From contig JAYUGC010000014.1 of the NCBI GenBank assembly GCA_043767805.1, positions 21,050 through 85,049 of the forward strand: a DNA stretch of 64,000 nucleotides, read 5' to 3'. Source of the stretch: Pseudomonadota bacterium. Its GTDB lineage: Bacteria > Bdellovibrionota > FAC87 > UBA2466. The stretch's first letter is position 1, and every line of letters begins with the position of its first letter. The translations under genes and the position numbers were made by a program. A model generated the notes under the pieces. The model searched no databases. It had not been told where the DNA came from and saw only the letters and a program-made list of their open reading frames with translations. This document shows, piece after piece, positions 62,491 to 64,000 of this stretch.

Positions 62491-63918
62491 ATGAAGAAAA
62501 GAAACCGAGAAAAATTCGTTGGGATGCGGCACCAGGATCACCCGAGACCGGCGACCCGGCGCGAGTTTCTCGCCCAAGGCATGGTGCAGGCCAGCAGCTT
62601 CCTCATGATGCCCGCTATCTTAAAAGGGATGTTTGGGTCCGAGATAGCTCAAGCCGTGTGCCCGAGCTCGGGAAACCTCCCGGGCCTTTTGCCGCTCATC
62701 ATTTTGGACATGGCGGGTGGGGCGGGCTTACATGGTAATTTCATCGCGGGTAAGGAAGGCGGCGCTCAGGACTATTTGAGCAGCTATATGACCATGGGCG
62801 TGCCCTTTAATCCGGGAAGTACCCCGGGCTCCGTCGATACGAGATTTGGCGCTCCCATGTGGACGACGGTCAGCAATATCCGTAAAGGGATGCTCGGGAA
62901 AATGAGCACGCAGGCGATGGCTAACACCAGCATCATGACGGTGTGCCATACATCGGCCGATGATTCGAAGGGCAACCGGCACTCTCCGTTGATCCTCGCT
63001 TCGAAAGCGGGCGCGGCGGGCACTGTACTGAGAACCGGCGTTGGCTTGGGAGGAAACTCCTCGTCGCCTATCGTCGACCAAAGTCTCATTCCGTTTCAAA
63101 TGCGGTCGCCGACTTCGCTGCGCGATTTGTTCGGCTATGGTTCGGTGTCGGTGCTCGATACCGATCCCGCGAAGCAGGCTTTTTCGGCGGCTATTCACAA
63201 GCTCGGTCAGGCGCAGGCGCCGCTGCTTCAGCCGCTCGCTAATGCCGCCGGGCTAAATAACGCGTTTGAGTGCGCGCACCTCGCCCAAGGGGCGTTGGTC
63301 GGAAATCTTGCCGCGCTCGATGCGCGCCTCGATCCGGCGGTGCAGGCGGTCTACGGAGTGACGGCGACTTCCACCGATACGACTTCGGTGCGCGCCGCGG
63401 TCGCTTACCACGTGCTTCAGGGGCATACGGGCCCCGGTGTCATCCAAATCGGCGGTTGCGACTATCACACTTCGGATCGGACCACGGGAAATACCAAAGA
63501 CGAAGAGATCGGCGTCGAGCTCGGTAGAATTTTGGAGCTCGCTCGTCGCCTGGGAAAGGGCGTCGTTGTCGTCGGTATTTCTGACGGCAGCGTCTACTCG
63601 AGCCAGACCGTTCTCGATCCGGTCACCCAGGAATTGGCCTGGATCGGCGACGCGGGCTCAAAAGGCATGAGCTTTCTCGCCTGCTACAAGACGACCGGAA
63701 AACCTACGGTCCAGAAATCTCAAATCGGACATTTTCTAAATACCAGTAATCCGGGCGCCGACCGCAGTACGTTCTTCGGCTCGAACCCGGCGATGGTGGC
63801 CAATATCTTATTCGCCAACTATCTCAATCTGAGTGGCAAGCTTAGTCTCTTCGACTCAGTCGTCGCGGCCGCGGCCTTTCCGCGCGCGGAGATGACCGGT
63901 ATCCTCGGTCTCGGCTAA
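62491..63918 (+). CDS. Tat-signal secreted protein (DUF1552/DUF1501-like partner protein; family uncertain)
   Basis: Twin-arginine motif TRREFLAQG followed by hydrophobic h-region. 475 aa. RBS AAAGGGG. Confidence 0.5.
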   Translation: MKKRNREKFVGMRHQDHPRPATRREFLAQGMVQASSFLMMPAILKGMFGSEIAQAVCPSSGNLPGLLPLIILDMAGGAGLHGNFIAGKEGGAQDYLSSYMTMGVPFNPGSTPGSVDTRFGAPMWTTVSNIRKGMLGKMSTQAMANTSIMTVCHTSADDSKGNRHSPLILASKAGAAGTVLRTGVGLGGNSSSPIVDQSLIPFQMRSPTSLRDLFGYGSVSVLDTDPAKQAFSAAIHKLGQAQAPLLQPLANAAGLNNAFECAHLAQGALVGNLAALDARLDPAVQAVYGVTATSTDTTSVRAAVAYHVLQGHTGPGVIQIGGCDYHTSDRTTGNTKDEEIGVELGRILELARRLGKGVVVVGISDGSVYSSQTVLDPVTQELAWIGDAGSKGMSFLACYKTTGKPTVQKSQIGHFLNTSNPGADRSTFFGSNPAMVANILFANYLNLSGKLSLFDSVVAAAAFPRAEMTGILGLG

Positions 63919-64000
63919 TCAAGAAGAGGAAGGCCTATTTACTTTTCAAAATGAGAGGGGGCTTCGGGAAACCGCCCAGGAGGAAAACGGCCACCTTGGT

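Overview
GC-rich (about 60%) chromosomal segment from a flagellated Gram-negative bacterium. Several gene families here (TIGR02147 HTH protein, planctomycete-type cytochrome/PSCyt-like domains, sigma-54-driven flagellar genes, DUF2269, LolA-like carriers) suggest a Bdellovibrionota- or delta-proteobacterium-like lineage; this is inference only. Main blocks: (1) 0.2-9 kb: DUF354 and TIGR02147 genes, secreted/outer-membrane proteins, and a Ser/Thr kinase gene followed directly by an FHA-GAF sigma-54 enhancer-binding protein gene. (2) 9-22.4 kb: a long minus-strand operon with overlapping stop/start codons. It combines oxidoreductases (GMC, aldehyde dehydrogenase, fold-type-III PLP enzyme), a Lol-like ABC exporter (ATPase plus FtsX permease), a ketosteroid-isomerase/NTF2-like protein, DUF2269, a LolA-like periplasmic carrier, an outer-membrane protein and a sterol-desaturase/fatty-acid-hydroxylase family protein, then infA and slyD. 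(3) 22.4-22.7 kb: an intergenic region holding five copies of a dyad-symmetric 24-26 bp motif, which also occurs once at 216-239. (4) 22.7-37.4 kb: DUF1704, hutG-like and hutF-like genes, a secreted serpin, tRNA-Gln(UUG), a family-5 solute-binding protein, HU, SpeH, a thioredoxin-fold/PSCyt1/PHM-like copper monooxygenase fusion, and an SGNH hydrolase. (5) 37.6-46.9 kb: flagellar cluster flgF-flgG-flgA-flgH-flgI-flgJ(rod-binding only)-flgM-flgN-flgK-flgL-csrA-fliW, with a near-consensus sigma-54 promoter upstream, a ~195-bp palindromic element between flgL and csrA, and a separate lytic transglycosylase. (6) 46.9-55.5 kb: a Pro/Ala-repeat outer-membrane protein, a Wzc-like tyrosine kinase, FMN reductase, ScoAB CoA-transferase, an MFS transporter and ArfB. 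(7) 55.7-64 kb: a tyrosine recombinase flanked by AT-rich DNA, then a three-gene cluster behind a sigma-54-like promoter encoding a CXXCH secreted protein, a 1311-aa lipoprotein with about nine tandem Calx-beta-like repeats, and a Tat-signal protein. Many ORFs in the supplied track lie antisense to, or overlap within, these genes; they are Arg/Pro-rich frame artefacts of GC-rich DNA and are not reported.
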